Of a DNA stretch of 64,000 nucleotides, positions 60,831 to 64,000 are shown piece after piece. The position numbers and the translations under genes are program-made. Each line of letters begins with the position of its first letter. The stretch's first letter is position 1. The DNA is from the human T2T-CHM13v2.0 reference genome, Homo sapiens: the NCBI RefSeq assembly GCF_009914755.1, contig NC_060928.1; one strand, given 5' to 3'. Under the pieces are notes generated by a model. The model had not been told where the DNA came from and searched no databases. It worked only from the letters and a program-made list of their open reading frames with translations.

Positions 60831-63767
60831 TGCCTTATTAGTTTAGTTCAATTCCCCTCGATGGTGAATAGAGGCTCCCCCATGTGCTCCCATTCCTATT
60901 CAAGTTATTCTAGATGCTATTACCATCATTTTTGTTGTATATCAAATGTCAAATACTTTTTGCGAATATTGTTAGTCTCCAGTGACTAAAGATCATTTGG
61001 TCCCATTTTTTTCCCCCTAGTCTTGGTCTTACTTAGTCTTTGGGAGGGAAAAATAGCCCAAAGGCATGTCTGGAAAGTTATCTTAAGCCACTTAGGTCTG
61101 CCCTGAATTTGGTTTTTTTCTTCCACAAAGATATAGGCTCAGGGAGGGAAAATGATTCTCCATTTTAAGTGACAAGGAAAAACAGGTAATAGGAACATGG
61201 TAATAGTAAAAACAGTAGCAATAGCAGTAGGGTTAGCAAGATTAGTAGTTGTTAGAGCATACTAGTAACATTAGGTAGTCCTGTCTCTCACTTATTTTAT
61301 TAACAAATGTGTATTGATCATTTGCTGTATGTATGGCATTGTGCTGTATCTTAGGGCTCTACCTTTCCTTTTTCTACATTGTTTTTACATTTTAATGGTT
61401 CAACTCTCACGTTTTTGATAGAGGCTCAAATCATTATATCAAATCCTCATTCTCTGTAAAGCAAAGCCAAATGCCTATTGACTGAAGAAAGTCTTTTCAA
61501 GAATGAGCTAGAGCCTCAAAAAGCACAGAAAAAAAAAATCGATGTATTGTCTTCCCCAAAATCAGCCTTGCTTTGTTATCTATCTGAATGAATTGCATCA
61601 TCTCTCTTTTAGCAGTTCATCATAAGTCTAAACATTATGGGTCTGCGACTAGTCCAGACCCCAAATGGCAATTTCTGCTGCATGATTTTCCCTCTTCCAC
61701 AGCTGTACAGTTAATCTCACTTGTCCTGTACATTACCACTGTACCACACAGATTTTTTCCATGTGTCTGTTGTCTAATCTCCACTCTAATATACAAAGCC
61801 TGAAGACAGGTATCGACTTTTACTTTTTTTAAGAAGCTATATATCCTCAAAGGTGAATAAAATGTCCATCCTTATAATCAAGAAATATCAATTCATTGGA
61901 TGAAGAGTGTTTAGAATCATTGTTAAATCAACTGTAGGAAATAAAAACTTCCAGTGTTATTTGACAGCTTAATAAAAAGAACCTAATTTCTTAATTGTCA
62001 TAAGCTTAAGCTGTTACTAAGGCAAGCTTCCTCACTTAGTTTTTTAATTGTTTTATCTGAAAAAGTAATTGTATCTTATAAGAATTTCATGATAATTTAG
62101 TAATTAATTATGACAAGGTACATTGTACTTTAAATACAGGTAGATTATCGAATGGTTAGCATGGTCTGTGTGTCTTTACGTGCATTACCTCATTGTACTA
62201 TTACTAGAATGCCACGATGTAAGTGTTATTACATTATTAAATCATTTTGTTCCAGAGCTGAATAAAAAAAAATTTCAAAAAAGTTCAAGTAAACACTTGA
62301 ACTCAAATGTTTCTAATTCTAAATCCCAAACTCCGAAACTTGCCTTCTTCTTAACAACAGTTCTTTTAGCTGACATGCATAGCTCATATAAGTCTTTTAT
62401 CTCTAGCTACTCAAAATGGAATGGAAGTCCACCAAACTTATGTTTTGTTTCAGAAGCATAGTAATTTTATTCTGCTTTAAATCTAGATGGATATATTACC
62501 AGATGAATATATCAACTTTAGAGGACCTTTTTTGTTGAAGAAAAATGACATCACATGGAATTCTGCTGAGTTAAGCAGTGCATTGCTTCCCTTGGAAGAC
62601 TTGCCACATGGCTGTCAAGACCCACAGTTTTCACTTTACTGTGGGCCACTTCTTATGTGCCTATTTTAGTATAAATTATGCTTTTTGAAGAAAGTACAAA
62701 GTTCTGCCATATTTATCTATGCCACTGTGGAATCTATAACTTTATTTTTGTGGTAGAAAGTAACAGTCTATTTTTACTAAGGAAAGAAGACATTTAGGTG
62801 TTCTCTCTGTGCTTTTTTTCTTTACCCATCTTGGACTCTTTAGAATGTGTCTAAATTTGGAAGATCACCACTCAGAATGTACTAATTTTTTACCATTTTC
62901 GAAGTGCACCAAATTGAAGAAAAATATGCTAGGTGGACTCATGACAAGCTCAAAGAAAAGAGCATATCAAAAGAAATTGATAGCATGAGGTTATGCTTTA
63001 AGAAAAAAAAACTGTAGGAAAGAACTTGTCTCTCTTAATACATGTGAAGTCTTGAAATAATTTGGAATGGCAGAAGCGGGGCTAGTATAGCATATAAAAT
63101 ACAAGAGCTGAACAGAAGATCTTTAGTTTAGGCACCTCCACTGTTACCGTGTACAATTTTTTAAATAAATCTCTTCCTATTCTCTGGCCAGTCTGCTAAA
63201 TGAGGCATACAAGGTTATTACTAAGCTCACATTTTCTATGTGAAGAGAGAAATATCAAGTTAAGCTATTTTACAGTCAATCCTATTAGCATTGTTAGCTG
63301 CACCCAATAGGTTAATGAATGGGGCATTGCCTCTGTGAGTGACTAAATACCATTTTATGTTCTTTTCTGAAATTTAAGAAATCAAGAAAAGGCAAAGCAG
63401 TGTTTGATGTGCATTTAAATATGAGCACAATGCTATAACTAAGGAATAATTAAGAAAACCTAGAAGTTTTTATTATAATAGTTTTAAAAAATATATGCAT
63501 GTATAAGCAGCAGAGTGTAGAGTACCAACTTTACATTTTCAAATAGAAAAGCATTGTTTTGACTCAGAACCTCCTGAAGAAGACATATGACTGTTCAGTC
63601 ACCATTTAGGATGCTTCAGAAGTTAATAAATCTAATTCATTTACTAGTGGTTAGTGAAAAAATCCATGACTTTAAAATTCAAAATCCTAGCTTCAAATCC
63701 TAGCTATTTGTGTGGCTCTGGGAAAATTAGTGAATTTTTTGTAAAATTTAAATCCTATTCTTTCCAG

Positions 63768-64000
63768 TGATAAAGCCTGCTAGATGGTGGTGGATTAGTT
63801 TTTTGATGTGCTGTTGGATTCAGCTCATAGTTTCTTGAGATCTTTGCATCTCTGTTCACCAAGAATGTTGGCCTGAAGTTTTGCCTTTTTTTGTTGTGTT
63901 TCTGCCAGGTTTTGGTATCAGGATGATGCCAGCCTCATAGAATGCGATAGGGAGGAGTCCCTCCTCTTCAATTTTTGGAATAGTTTCAGTATTATTGATA
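63768..64000 (-). mobile_element. Older L1P ORF2 fragment, cut by the window edge
   Basis: TCTGCCAGGTTTTGGTATCAGGATGATGCCAGCCTCATAGAATG...TTTTGGAATAGTTTCAG is antisense L1 ORF2. Confidence 0.85.

Overview
AT-rich, gene-poor hominine (probably human) genomic DNA. I can support no host protein-coding exon, RNA gene or CRISPR array; nearly every long ORF in the track is L1- or Alu-derived. The window is a layered transposon record: solo LTRs with intact target-site duplications (MER11C-like, LTR8-like, MSTA, three THE1, MLT1A0), MLT1C with internal sequence, MER21, seven Alus and a FLAM, old L1M/L2/MIR pieces, hAT MITEs and a fossil Charlie transposase. Two young L1s dominate: a twin-primed 2.2 kb copy (L1-A, 20370-22557) and a full-length, triple-frameshifted L1PA2-like copy (L1-B, 28269-34316). 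The most unusual signal is that these two independent insertions form a ~1.07 kb inverted repeat around a 6.8 kb spacer and share a 535-bp tract with one mismatch, including the same inactivating ORF2 frameshift, although their 3' UTRs are of different subfamily type. This points to gene conversion and possibly a recurrent inversion. Other points are two locally templated insertions, an AluY/Yb8 mosaic and an 18-bp duplication inside an AluY. I found no new gene system. Subfamily names come from recalled consensus sequences and all alignments were done by eye.
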